From the human T2T-CHM13v2.0 reference genome, Homo sapiens, in assembly GCF_009914755.1 (NCBI RefSeq), contig NC_060925.1: a DNA stretch of 64,000 bases. One strand, written 5' to 3'. Of this stretch, positions 1 to 13,712 are shown in pieces. Positions within the stretch are counted from its first letter, which is position 1. Each line of letters starts with the position of its first letter. The notes under the pieces were generated by a model. That model made no database searches. It had not been told where the DNA came from and worked only from the letters and a program-made list of their open reading frames with translations. The position numbers and the translations under genes were made by a program.

Positions 1-149
1 AGGAAGATAAACAAGGACACCACATAGATAAGGAGGGAGACAGCTAGAAAAACAAATAAAGTATTTATCTGTCTATGGGTTGTACATTTACATTCATCTG
101 ATTTGTTCAAAGAAATTTAGCAGAAATAATTATTCTATAGCCTTTTGTT

Positions 150-545
150 TATCCAATAACTAATTACTGAATGTCCATTATGAAACTGGAGAGGAACTGG
201 GAGGGCAGGGAGAGACTTTTTGTTTTTATGCAGTTTATAATCTATAATCTAGTATTCCATTAGGGGAATAAAGACAGCAAACAAATCAGTCAGTGATTAT
301 TTGAAGAAAAATTAAAGCAGAATGAAGAGAAATAAACAGATAGTGTGTGTGGGAGGAAGATGTTATATTATATCAAGTATTCAGAGAAAATCTTTTGATA
401 TAATCACATTTGAACAGAGCCTTGAATGAAGTGAAAGACATACGAGTATTTACTTGGCAGAGGGAAAGGAAATAACATGTATCTTGAAGTGGGGAAAAAA
501 ACTTGTCTGAAAAATTGCTAATGAATCCAATGGGCCTAGAAAGGG
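150..545 (-). mobile_element. L2 LINE fragment (3' region), highly diverged
   Basis: Antisense L2-like text (e.g. tccaataactaattactgaatg; atcacatttgaacagagccttgaatgaagtga). Boundaries approximate. Confidence 0.45.
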
Positions 546-567
546 GTAGCCATTTTTTACTATTGCC

Positions 568-1044
568 TGTGGGCTCTTGTGATCCCCCAGGATAAAAATC
601 AAGAGAAATCACAACATGAACGAGTAAGAAGAAAGTATTTATTAAAGCTGTGCACACAAGGGAGCAAGCTCCAAAAAGGAAGTGGGCTGCTCTGGAAAGT
701 TAGGGGGTGGGTTTCTTTTATGGGGCTCTAGAGTAAGGGAAAGTAAGGGGAACTACCGTCAGAGCATGTAGAGGGGTGTTTCTGGAGCATGTGCTGTGGT
801 TTAACATGCTTTTTCATGCTAGCCATTATTATTAGCATCTTAAATATCTGCCCCTTAGCATGATCTTTAGCACTAAAATGTGGAAAGGTGACTTTAAAGG
901 CAAGCCTTTGTAATTGCGTGGCTGCTTGAGGCTGGGGACTTTTCTGGCTAAGCAAAAGCTAAATTTTGCAGTTAGTTGTTTTCTGTTCTAAGCTGACTTT
1001 TTATTTCACTAGCCATCTATGCTTCTTGTGTTCTAAGCCTGTCA
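568..1044 (-). mobile_element. Solo LTR, ERV1 class (MER4-group-like)
   Basis: TG...CA termini; antisense polyA signal (tttatt) near 637; resembles the LTR at 49.2-49.8 kb. No clear TSD. Confidence 0.5.
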
Positions 1045-1562
1045 GCTTCTAAGCCCCCGTGGCTGCTTGCTTGTTTCAACCACGGTGATAAATGGGTGGC
1101 CAAAATATTTAAGCCATGAAGGAGAAGATAGTTTGATTTTATTTAGAATTAGATAAAAGAACGTTAGAAATTTGACTTCTGTTTCTAAGGGCACACCAGT
1201 GCTGCTTTGGCTGTTGTGAGAAGACCACAGCAAGGAAGCAGGGTTTGAAATAGTATAACATACAAGACCATTAAAGAAGTACAGGATATTAAAAATGGCT
1301 ATTAAAATAGGCATGACAGTGAAGGTGGTAAAAGGACTTGTAGATAATAAATGTAGACAAATCTGTTAAATAATTTTATTGGATAAGAAGTGGAAAAACA
1401 AAGAAGTATTATAGCTATAGAAGGACGTAAGGTCAGAAGTGTGTGTGGTGTGTGTTACGTTGGAACATATTGAATTTAAATATAAGTGGCATATGTTGTA
1501 TATGGATGGAAATAATATAGAAGGGATTTGAAAAATGTAAGAGAAAAAAAAATTGCTTGAGT

Positions 1563-1730
1563 GGCTGAGCATGGTGGCTCACTCCTGTAATCCTGGCACA
1601 TTGGGAGGCTGAAGCAGGGGATTACTTGGGCTCAGGAGTTAAAGGCTGCAGTGGGTCCTGATCACACCCCTGCACTCCTGCCTGGGTGACAGAAGAAGAC
1701 TCTGTCTCAAAAATAATAATAATAAAAAAA
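1563..1730 (+). mobile_element. Monomeric Alu (FRAM-like or left/right-arm chimera)
   Basis: ggctgagcatggtggctcactcctgtaatcc...gactctgtctc plus A-rich tail; single monomer of ~150 bp; degenerate TSD aaaaaaattgcttgag / aaaaaaattactggag. Confidence 0.85.
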
Positions 1731-1774
1731 TTACTGGAGCCATTTCCTTGAACCGTGAGCCTTTTAAAATAATG

Positions 1775-2030
1775 CAGTAATTGTGTGCCAGTTCTGGGAG
1801 ATTCTAAAGTAAACAGATGATATATCTGCTCTTACAGAACCTAATTCTACTAGTTGGGGAGAGATAACAAATCTATTAAGTAAACATATTTCAGATGGTG
1901 AAAAGTTCTAAGGAGAAAGTTAAAGTTGGGAGGTGGGATGGAGGCAGCCAGGGAATGAGCTGTGAGGTTAAGTAGGGCACTCAGGGAAGGTGACCTGAGA
2001 AGGTGACTGTGAAGAAAGACATTAGGACAG
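1775..2030 (-). mobile_element. L2 fragment
   Basis: Antisense L2 3'-end motifs (tgtgtgccagttctggg...ctgctcttacagaacctaattcta...tcagggaagg). Confidence 0.5.
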
Positions 2031-2321
2031 AGGCAGGTTTGTCATGTTGTGACAAGCAAGCCCCAAACTTCATGACAGCAATTTCTGTCATTTCCCATTT
2101 TCAAAATCTTTGATAGGGTTAAATCTTGGCTGAGAATTTATTTTAACACTGAGTATATTCTTCCTAGATTACTGAAAGAAGGATTAACAATAGCAATTGC
2201 ATCATCTACATTTTGCATAGGAAGGTGGGTTGGACAGATTAGAAATTTATCTTTCTACTTTCAAAAGATCTTGGACAATGGAAGTTTAATATTTTTATAA
2301 GCACATAAGAATGAGCATGAA

Positions 2322-2800
2322 CAGCACAGCACAATTCACAATTGCAAAGATGTGGAACCACCTAAGTGCCCATCAAGTAATGAGTGGATAGAGAAAAAGT
2401 GGTATGTATACACCATGGAAAACTATTCAACCATTAAAAGGAACAAAATATTGTCTTTTGCAGCAACTTGGATGGAGCTGGAGGCCATTATTGTAAGTGA
2501 AGTAACACAGGAGTGGAAAACCAAAAACCCATATGTTCTCACTTATAAGTGGGAGCTAAGCTATGAGTACGTAAAAGCATACAGAGTGATATAATGGACT
2601 TCAGAGACTAAGAAGGGGGAGGGTAGGGGGGAGCTAGGGATAAAAAACTACACATTAGGTACCGTGTTCACTGTGTGAGTGACAGATGTACTGAAATCTC
2701 AGAATTCAGTGCTATATAATTCATCCATGTAACAAAAACCACTTGTGTCCCAAAAGCTGTGGAAACAAAAATAAAAAATAAAGCTATAGTAATAAAAAAA
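2322..2800 (+). mobile_element. L1PB-family LINE 3' end (end of ORF2 and 3' UTR)
   Basis: ORF 2352-2594 translates as L1 ORF2 C-terminus (KCPSSNEWIEKKWYVYTMENYS...SFAATWMELE); G-rich 3' UTR; A-rich tail. Confidence 0.9.
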
Positions 2801-4300
2801 TCACATCTTACAAAACTTGACTGTGTAAAATACTGTTGCATATTTGTGTAACCATTAGAAAAAGGACAGAAAACATGGAAAACTTCAACCTCCATGCTGT
2901 TTTTGTTATAATGATAACAATGTCAAAATACTATTGGAAAGCAAAACAAAACAAAAGAAACAAACAAAAAAAAAACCAAAAAAAACCTCAGCTTTCTCTT
3001 TAGTGACTATAGACTTCCTCAGCTTTCTCTTTAGTGTCTATAGACTTAAACATATATTTTTTCTTCTGTTGTTGCTTCAAAGTAGTTTAAATTTGCATCT
3101 ATCTTCATGTAGCATGTCTTAAATTACATTCTTCCTGTAGTTATATCATTGTTAATGAATTCTATGTGATTTACACACCTAATTATGAATAGGTGTATTG
3201 TTAATATCCATTCATGGCTTGGGTTAATAAGATGTTACAAATATGGAAAATAGTGTCATTATTCAGAATTCTTAGAGTGGTAGAATTCATAGTGTTTTTA
3301 AAATTCAAAATTTGTTCTTTTTCATTGTAATTTATCTATATTTTATATGGTTTCAGTACTTATATATACTTAAAGTGTGTGGTGTCTACATGATATGTAG
3401 TTGGTCTGTGCAAAGAGTTGCAACATCAGAGCTGTTTCTTTGAGACAGAGCATGGAGATGTAAGCCCTGGTGGAATGCTCCATACTTCTGTGGTACCTAT
3501 TTTAATAAAGAGTGGAATGTTCTATCTCCAATCAACAAAATGTAACTTAGTTCTAAGTTACTTACTTAACTTTGATATTCTCTCTTTCATCTTGACTTTT
3601 AAAACTAAAGAGAGTTATAGCTAGTATATTTAAATGAACAGCATGGATATGGGTGCAGTGAATTTAAATTTTACATACAAATACTATAAAAAATTCAAAA
3701 TGAAACCTAAACCTTTTATGGCACATTATATTTCTCATTAACATCCATACTACTTTTTATCTTGTTCCACAATAAACTTTCATAAAAGACATATTTTCTT
3801 TTATTTCTGACTTTTTCCTGATTAATAATATCATTTAATACATATATCATATGTACATATGTACATGTATATCATTTATATATATCATTTAAACTATCAC
3901 TTAATAAATAAAAGCTTTGCTTTCTTTAGAAAAACAGATTATACGATTGTGCAATTTAAATAAAATACGTAGGTGGGTCAGGACACAGTGCATTGGTTGC
4001 TACAATGAGATCAGTCAGATGGCTTCAAATCATGAACAAGAAGGTGACAACAGCTGTCCTGTAAATTCAGAAATTATGATATCAATAAATATAAATAATT
4101 TAATTTGAGAATATTTAAGTACATCTGAATAAACCTCCAATGTAAAGATAAAGAATGGTACCTATAAGATCATAAGTATATTCATTGGGAGTGCAAAATA
4201 GGAGTGCACTGCTCTACTTAGGAATCCAAGCTTTGGTCAGAAAAATTGATTCAGATAAAAATATATGCGTAACAAAAATTAATTTCTATGCCGCTGCTAG

Positions 4301-4624
<324 letters not shown>

Positions 4625-4959
4625 TAGAAATTACTTTTTAGGGTTTATTGTATCCATTAATTTCTCTAAGTCTGTTATTAAATTTAGCATCATTACACTG
4701 CCAGCCTTCCTAGGGGACTATAGAAAAATATCCCCCATTCCAAGAATAAAGTAAATTCTATAAGCACTGCTTAGCTTCCAGCTGTACGTATTCTACTTTC
4801 ACACAGACTGCTACCTATAACTGCCACATGAATATACACAGGAAGAAAATATTTATACTGCATATAAATTTAGTTTATCGTGTTTCAAAGAGTTACTTCA
4901 TAATTACATTTTCCTGGATTTTACCATCTTAGAATTATTCTTAATTACTGTCTTTCTCT

Positions 4960-5400
4960 GACTTGATATTTAATCTGATAGGAAATTCTGTTGGTTTCAC
5001 ATTCAAAAAAATAACTCATCACTTTCCGCAAGATCTGATGATTCCACCCTGGTATAAACCACCATCATCTTTAACCTGGACAATTAAAATTGCCTCTTAA
5101 AAGTTTGTCTAGCTGATAATCTACTTTTAACAGAACTAACACAATGATGCTATTTAAACAGAAATCATATCATGTTGTCTTTCTGTTTAATACCCACCAT
5201 TGGCTCTCTTTCTTACCTCAAATGCAATCTGAAATCCTTTTAAGGGCCTTACACAACAAACCCCTTTGTCATCAATTGAATCTCTGACTTTATCACTTAG
5301 TCATTTTTTTATTATACTTTAAGTTCTAGGGTACATGTGCACAATGTGCAGGTTTGTTAACATATGTTTATTCTCTTCCAGCTACCTGGTCTCCTTTTTG
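4960..5400 (+). mobile_element. L2 fragment, interrupted by a short L1PA piece
   Basis: L2 3'-region motifs (ccaccctggtataaaccaccatcatct...acctggac; aaatcatatcatgt). Confidence 0.55.
5304..5364 (-). mobile_element. Very short L1PA 3'-terminal fragment
   Basis: ttttttattatactttaagttctagggtacatgtgcacaatgtgcaggtttgtta is the canonical antisense L1PA 3' end. Confidence 0.85.
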
Positions 5401-5534
5401 TTCTGTGCATTGTAGGATGTTTAGTGGCATCTCTTGCCTCTGCCCCTACTGAGAAAATGAAAAATGTCTATAGACATTGTCAAATGTCCTCTGGGGGGAG
5501 AAAATTACACCCTTCCCCTCACTGAGACCCAGTG
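5400..5534 (-). mobile_element. MER20 (hAT-Charlie DNA transposon) fragment
   Basis: ctgtgcattgtaggatgtttag...agacattgtcaaatgtcctctgggggg matches antisense MER20. Confidence 0.8.
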
Positions 5535-5974
5535 ATTTAGAGGAAGCTAGAAATCACTGTGGTCTCTATTCATCATATTCTTTAATTCATTTACATTTCT
5601 GGGTACTTCACATAACTTGTAGCTCACTGGCTGCTATTTTTCTCAAAAATGTCTTGAACATTTGGCAAACAATATACTTTCTTTTGGAGGACAGGTCTAA
5701 ACATAAGACTTAGTTGTTTACATATCATGCAATAGACAAATTGGTTTTAAAATACTGTAAAATCAAAAGTTATTGCTAAGCCTACTAGCACATGAAAACA
5801 TTTTCTGAACATTGAAGTTTGCCTCTGAAGAGAAATCACAATTATAAAAAATAAAATTAAGAAAATGGACTCTATTTAAATTTTTTAAGATAAAGCATTT
5901 TATATGAAATGCTTGTGTCAAGCATTGTGTAACAACCCATCCCAATAAAAAAATAAGCATTTATTTAAGTGCCT

Positions 5975-6420
5975 AAAGTAATAAACATCTACTTAGCTCA
6001 CAAGTCTACTACTTGGCTGGGTGGTTCTGCTCACTGCAAGGAGATGAACTAGGCTAATATCAAGAGGCACACTTTATCTGTAGTCAGCTGCAAATCTGCT
6101 GGGCACTTCTGTTGATCTCGGCTAGACCATCTCACATGTCTGGGGACATGGCTGGCATAACCAGATCAACTGCTGCATGAAGTCTGATTCCAGTAGATTA
6201 GCCTCGATCTTTTTCTTATGCCAGATGTCAAGTTTCAAAAAAAAGTGAAATCTCATTAATCCTCTTGAGGTTCTCATTCTGAAATGTCACACTATGATGT
6301 CTACTCTTTTCTACTGGACAAAGTAAGTCACAAGGTCAGCTCAGACTCAGGGCTTGACAAAAAGGACTTCATACTGGTAGGAGGAGTTCAAGGTCATTTT
6401 GTAAAAGGATAGAAGGAGAC
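5975..6420 (-). mobile_element. MLT1-family (MaLR) LTR
   Basis: MLT1G/H-like motifs (ggctgggtggttctgct; ctggacaaagtaagtcacaaggtcagctcagactcaggg). Confidence 0.6.
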
Positions 6421-7479
6421 CATTCATGATAAAGTTACCAGATACAACATGGACGCATATGTAGAAAATGTTTGGAAAATCCCCCTGCATTTTTCTTCCT
6501 CCAGTTCCTTAAAGCTCCAGATAACACACTTATGAAAGCAATATGAATTCAGTATTGTTTGAATAGGTGGACGCTGGACACACTGTTTAATATGGTGTTT
6601 GATGGCATACTGAGCATATAGCATAGCCCAGTTGTCAAAATGAATGTAAATAACTTCAATTTTGCTTTGAAATAATCAGGGATCTTGCTTGAAATTACTT
6701 ATACTCCTATAAAAGGTATATTTTACAAAGCAAATTGGAGCATTAATGTCTACTTCGAATAAAAAATTCTAATTCAGAAACAATTATCAATGTAAAATAA
6801 GAAGAGAAAATCCAGATTCACTCCCAAGAAGATAACTTTAATGACTTTTCATAATTTAATGTTTGCTTTTTGAGAGATTATTAGCCGCTTCAAACATCTG
6901 GCATTTTGTGTTTATGTAAAGAATTCTTATTTGGATATTATTTAATAAGAACCAAACAATTGTGGTGTCTTTCACTAGTACTTGGAAAATAACAATCCAT
7001 GCCAATTGAGTACGTGCTCAAAACACTTCCAACATTGACTTGTAAATATTTGAAACAATAGTATTTTTTTCTTAACGATACAAGGTTTTCAAAAAAGTTT
7101 CGTATTTTCATGATAGGCAATAATTTATTGTTTCCATTTAAATTTTATACAGAATTTTAAAGTTAAATGCCATGAATTAGATCTTGTCCTCAATTCATGT
7201 GTTCTATACAACACATAAAATAAGCGGCTCCGGTTTTTACCAGCAAAATATTCTAAACAGATGACTATATTTTTATTAAAATTGCATTTACTTATAAATA
7301 TATAATGTATAACAGACACATGTAATATTCTTATAAGGGAGATCAGTACAAATGTTTTGGAATACTATATTTAAGACTAACATTTGGACGAAAATATTAA
7401 AAATATTTTCATACATTGGTATATAGTATTATTATTGAATATTTTAATGTTTTTCTACATATTTTTCTATGCATTTCAT

Positions 7480-7765
7480 TTTTTCCCACAGTATCTTTGT
7501 ATTTGTTTTACAATTAGAAAGAAACAACAAATCGATCATTTAGGAAATTAAACAAAATCAACACATGTTTTCAATTGACATATGATTATTTTTGGCACAT
7601 GAGATCTGTTTGAAAGATTTGATTTTTTCCACAATATATTTGCATTTATTTTATAATCAGAAATAAATAACAAATCAGTCATTTAGGAAACTGAAGAAAC
7701 TCAGCATATGTTTTCAATTGACATATGATTTTTTACTTTTAGCAGGAGGCTTGTTTGAAAGATTT
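7480..7765. repeat. Diverged tandem duplication, 2 x ~143 bp
   Basis: tgttttcaattgacatatgatt at 7566 and 7709; tcatttaggaaa and tgtttgaaagattt recur at the same ~143-145 spacing. Confidence 0.85.
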
Positions 7766-7805
7766 TATATTTATATTCATTAAAAAAAGTTTTCTGTTCC
7801 TTTCT

Positions 7806-8010
7806 TAATAATAACAGCAACTGTAGCAACTAATATGTACTGGCTTCATTATACATCCCAAGTACTATTCAAAACATTTTACAGGTATCTTTTCATTTAA
7901 CTTTTGAAACAATGTAAGGTATAATTATTATCGCTGTTTTACGGATGAAAAAATGGATACACAGAGAGATAATTTAACTTATTTAAGGTCACAGCCAGTC
8001 ATGGTGAAGA
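7806..8010 (-). mobile_element. MIR SINE
   Basis: MIR core antisense: attatcgctgttttacggatgaaaaaatggatacacagagag...aaggtcacagc. Confidence 0.75.
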
Positions 8011-8458
8011 AAACAAAGCACTTTTGAAGAGTCAACATTTTTTTAATGCCTCGTCAATTGTTACGCACATGTTTTGGAAAACATCTCTAAAGACAGATTA
8101 TTGCATATATGGAGTAAATATTTTTCTTGGATTTATTCGTAAAAGTTTGACAAAAATGCTAACAAATTATTTTATTCTAATTCAGGGTGGTTGTAACATG
8201 GGTCTCAGAAAGACATTAGAAAAGATTTTAAGGTATATTAAATGTTTGTACCTAAATTATTAAAGTAGTAATATCATTATTTTGAGAATAAAGTAATTTT
8301 AATGGGATTTTGAGGATAACAAATTACTCAAAGATCTTTTCATGTCAAGGATCATGCTTAGAATAAAAAAAACTGTTAAAACAATTAAAGTAATGAAATT
8401 ATATTATGCTATACAAGTTACCCATTTACTAATTTCAACAGTTTATTTAATATGTATA

Positions 8459-8990
8459 GTATTAGTTATCTAATGATGCTGTGTAACAAATTACCCCAAA
8501 CATGGTAGCTTAAACAATTAACATTTATTATCTCACCGTTTCTATGGGCCTGGAAACTGGGCACAGCTTAGTTATATATCCTCTGAATATGGGTCTTTCA
8601 ATGAGTTGCAGTAAAAGTGTCACTCAGAGCTGCATTCATCTCAAAGCTCAACTACAGAGAAGAACTAGCTTCCAAGATCACTTCTATGGTTATTGGTAGG
8701 TCTCAGGTCTTTGCTGGCTGTTGGACAGAGGCATCTACTTGCTGCATGGCCCTCTCTAAGGCAGTTCACATGGAGCATCTGGCTTCCCTCAGTGCTAGTG
8801 AGGAAGAGAGTAAGAGAGGACAAGCAAGGTGGAAGTCATAGTCAGTTACAACTTATTATCAGAAGTGACATCCTGTTATTTTTCCATATTCTATTTCTTA
8901 GCAGCAAGTCACTAGATGCCACCAGGGGGTTACACTAGTGTGTACCAAGAGGCAGGATCATTATGAGCCATTTTAGAAGCTGCTTATTAT
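8459..8990 (-). mobile_element. MLT1F-like MaLR LTR
   Basis: gtattagttatct...gtaacaaattacccc...acatttattatctcac...gcttccaagatcact...gccattttagaagctgc. Confidence 0.8.
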
Positions 8991-9234
8991 AGGTCACTTT
9001 TTACAAATGAAAAAAGTGATTCAACTTTAATGCTGAGAAAGGAGCAGAGCTGGGATTTGTATACAAACCTTATTCTAACATCTATCACTGCATCACAGTT
9101 TCCAAAATTATTTGAGATAATATTTAGAGAAGGTAAGATACATATAAAACTTACTATAATAAAAAATGGAATGCAATCAATACACTAATAATAATGTGAT
9201 TAGAATGTTTTTAGCTTTCTATGAAAATAGTAAC

Positions 9235-9610
9235 CTGAAGGGAAGAAAAAGCCCAAGATTATTTATGAATAGGTCAGTGTGGTATATAGCTAAAGCCAAA
9301 AGTGAAAAATGGATCATGGTTGAATATTACAGATACCCTCAGGGAAAGCCTTGAAAGGCACTGCAGAGAAATAAAAATCTCCCTAGGTGGAGCTGAAAGC
9401 AGTGCATATGGACATCTGCTTGGTTTAGAAGAGCATTGGCTCATTGTGGGTATATATACATTTTCTTGGGCAATGGGCAATGGCTTGGACGATGGGCCAT
9501 GGGCCATGGGCCATGGCAGATAAGGGATCTGCAAATTGAAAGACTAGAGGATCAGAGATAAGAATATCTGGGTATTTATGTGTATGGACATACGAAAGAG
9601 GGCACAGATT
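9235..9610 (+). mobile_element. ERVL internal (pol RNase H) remnant
   Basis: ORF 9302-9523 contains VGIYTFSWAMGNGL, resembling the HERV-L RNase H motif LYTDSWAVANGL; flanking DNA is collinear with recalled HERV-L pol. Confidence 0.65.
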
Positions 9611-10439
9611 TTTTTCCCTGTAAGGGCCAACAGAATATTCCCTATAGTGTACACTCCAGATCCTAACCTTGTCATCTTAAGGGCACAAATCTTATCAAAA
9701 GTGCCTACTTTAAACATTTTATCTATTGTATCCATGTTAGAAAAGTCTATTTAATATCCACATATTTAGCCTAGCCAAAATTTCAATTTTCTCCCTGTAA
9801 TAAGTGTATTTTTCTAAGTAGGAGATACTGAGTGCAGAATAATGCCCTTAATAGGATTGCCCATGGCTGTTTGTAAAAGGTCCAGCTATACAGAGCAGTC
9901 TAGGAGCTCCAGGTCTTGCATCACATATCAAAACAGCTGTAGGTATCCTGAGTCCTTTGCCTTTCTACACTTCCTTTCTAGGTCAGTGGCAGTTTTGTTT
10001 TGTTATTTTTCTAGTTATCCATTATATTAAAAAGTTAAGAATATCTCACATCATATATTTCCCAAGGAGCAATATTAACTTCGAGACAGTCTTGCCTAAA
10101 TCTCTACAGTTATAGGAAACACTTTTCCAATTTTTTGTAACCCCACCTTTTCACAATGAGAGAAATACTAAGCATATATTTGGTTTCGTTTAATTTTTTT
10201 TATTAATTAGGACTTTGTAAATGATAGGTAAATAAAGGATTGGTTTAAACTCTATTATCTATCTATGTATCTACTTATCTAATTCCATATATATGTACAA
10301 AATTGGGAAATCCAAATGACAGAGATGATAAAAAATGGCAAGATGTAGCTCTAAACAAATGTAATTAAGATTGTCTCTATTTATTTATTTTTGTTGGGGT
10401 GGGGAGTCCTGTTCAATTTAATTTTTAAACTCCTTACTT

Positions 10440-10825
10440 TATGATGGCTATATGGTCACTGGAAATCTCAAATCTACATCATCTTTACAGGTCAGTGTAT
10501 TAAACAAACCATAACAAAACAAGCAAAGAAAAATACCCAAGGAATAATGCGGCAGTGAGGAGTTAGTGGTTTGGTTTTTTACAGCCCAGAAAAAAATCTT
10601 AAGAACGCTCATTATTATTCCTACCTGGATTGCACAGCATTTCTGAACTAATCACTTTATCTGAGACCCTGACTTCTTAGACTACACAATGCTATTTTTT
10701 TTTTTATGCCAAGTCTTGGAGCAGGATAAGTGGAGTCAGCTCCACTCAATGAATGGAATTGAGATGGCTAGGTCATGAGGTAGCTTTTTAATGGAGCTGC
10801 AGCTGGGCTGACCAAAAGTCCTCAT
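10440..10825 (-). mobile_element. Old ERVL/MaLR LTR remnant (LTR33/MLT1K-like)
   Basis: Weak antisense LTR-like motifs (ttctgaactaatcact; tggagtcagctccact). Confidence 0.35.
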
Positions 10826-10967
10826 TTACTTAATTAATATTTTAAAGCCTCCAATTCTGCTTTCAGATTTTGCTCTTAAATGCATGCCAGAAAAAAGAAA
10901 ATACACATCCATTGTTGAGTCAAGTTAATTTCTAATAACTGCTTTCTTAGTTACAAAGGTCTGAGAG

Positions 10968-11238
<271 letters not shown>

Positions 11239-12818
11239 CCAGAGTTTTTAAATTACTACTTCTACAAAATGAGTAATACTAGTCAGAAGCCATCCTTGTC
11301 TGCAGTTTCTGATGAGAAAGTGAATGATGTTAGTTTTCCACTTGCAGGTACGTATGTATCCTTTTTTTCTTTGTGACACATACACATATATGTACAAATG
11401 TGCCTATAAACACACACATACACACAAGCATATCCACACATATAAATGAAATTTTTGCTTTTTATCAGTTGTAGTTATATACATACAAATTATAGAGAGC
11501 ATATGTGAAACAATTCATAAAATATATACAGATTAATAAGATTTGGATTTAAATTATTAAGGTTCAACATATTGATTTTTAAAAACAAAACCAAATATTG
11601 ATTTATATAATGATGCTGTATTTAAACTTGTATAAATTATACTATTAAAATAAAATTATTACTAACTTAATGCCTCCTAATACATGTTTTATGGGCTATT
11701 CTTGAAAAGTGGATCCAGATTATATTCTTTTTGTAAGTTTTCTTTTTCTGTCACTTAATAATAAGGCTTTTGATTAGCTTAAAATAATGTAGAAATATTT
11801 GCAACGCATCTGAATTCCCTAGGTTTATTCTTTTAGTCCAAAGAAAAGCGTGTTTTCAAATGTCTAATAAAGCTTTTTAAATGTGCAGTCACAAACGTTA
11901 TTTCTGAATTTAATTTCTGCCTGATTTGAAAAATTGTGTTTTTTTTATGCAAAGGCACAGCAAGAGAACAAACTAGCAAATATAAGACAGAGATTACTGC
12001 AGATGCAAGTGATAGAAGAGAAAATGTGGTATTCAATAATTGAATAAGCAAAATGGCAAATGCTGAAAAAAGAAAGTATCACATAACAATTCATAACAGG
12101 TACAGATATAGTCACCTTGATATAATCTTCACATTGTAATGAGTTTTGGCTTCTGGTTTTCTTGCATTAAAGGATATGCATAATTTGAATTATAATATGT
12201 ACATACATAAATATACTTGGTGACAAAACCCAGTGTAACTGTAAAAATAAATTTAAATTATTTAGATGATGTTCCAAATGTGCCTAAATTGTATCTAAAA
12301 GCAAAATTTAAACACATCTGTGAAGAAATATGGAGAAAGTTGGAATTGTTTGCCTGTATAAAAAAGTGACTTTAAAACATATGTAAATAAATTCCACATT
12401 GGTAAGACATATCCCAATACCCATTACCAAATATAAATTATTAGTAAAACATATTCCTATTGTGAGTAAAATGTTGTTTCAATTTACAAATTCAACAAAA
12501 TGTTGTATTTAAAACATTAATGTGATTACACATTGCTAAGTAAATATTAACTTTATTTCCTTGTGGAAAAACATCTCCTGAAAATTATGTTGTTTTAAAG
12601 AATGTTCTTCACCTAAAAAACTGGAATTCACATTGTTGGCTACACCAAAGGCAAGGAATTAACATAATCAAATTAGAAAAAGGGTCTAGATTTGTTGGAA
12701 TTTCTTACAACAATTATTTTTTTTTTCTTTTTGACAGGATGATCACTATGATGATCCCCCAATTTAGTGACTCTTTGAAAACTTAAAATATAGGCTAGGC
12801 ATTGATATATATTGTTAA

Positions 12819-13137
<319 letters not shown>

Positions 13138-13337
13138 ATATCTTTTAATTTTTAAAATTTTGCTTTTGACAATATTTCAATTCCATTATTATTAATTCAA
13201 GAGTGCATTTAGCCTTTGATTATTTTTGAGAAATATATGAATTCTTTACATGAATGTTTGGCCTCATAAATTTTTCTAGAACTCTGTATTGCTGGATTTT
13301 TATTAAATTGTCTTTATTGATCATGGTGTAGAAATAA

Positions 13338-13600
13338 AGCATAGTGATTAAAAGCATGAAGATTGAAGTCAGGAAGCATAGTTTAAACCAGCTTTGTAAA
13401 TGTGGGTGACTTTCATAATTTCTGATCAGGGTGTATTGGGGCAGATTCTTAATGTATTTCACATTCAGTTCTTCATCAGGAAATGAAAATAATAACAATA
13501 CATACCATATAGGAATATTATGGGGATTAACTTAGATAATATATGCATAATTCTTAGCACAGCTTGTCACATAGTAAATGCCCCAACATTGTTATTATTA
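13338..13600 (+). mobile_element. MIR SINE
   Basis: agcatagtgattaaaagcatg...ttcagttcttcatcaggaaatg...cttagcacagcttgtcacatagtaaatgc. Confidence 0.75.
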
Positions 13601-13712
13601 AACGAGCAAAAATAAATAGCAAGTAGTATATAAATCCTTAATTATTCAGAGTAGATAAAGTTTATAATTTCCAAATTTCTAACATCTTTCTGGGGACAGA
13701 GTGTCTTCATTT

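Noticed and set aside
3830-3895. Palindrome catatgtacatatg and tatcattta repeats
   Set aside because: Low-complexity AT-rich slippage product
9465-9516. 7-bp repeats tgggc(a/c)a
   Set aside because: Short slippage expansion within the ERVL remnant; no spacer structure
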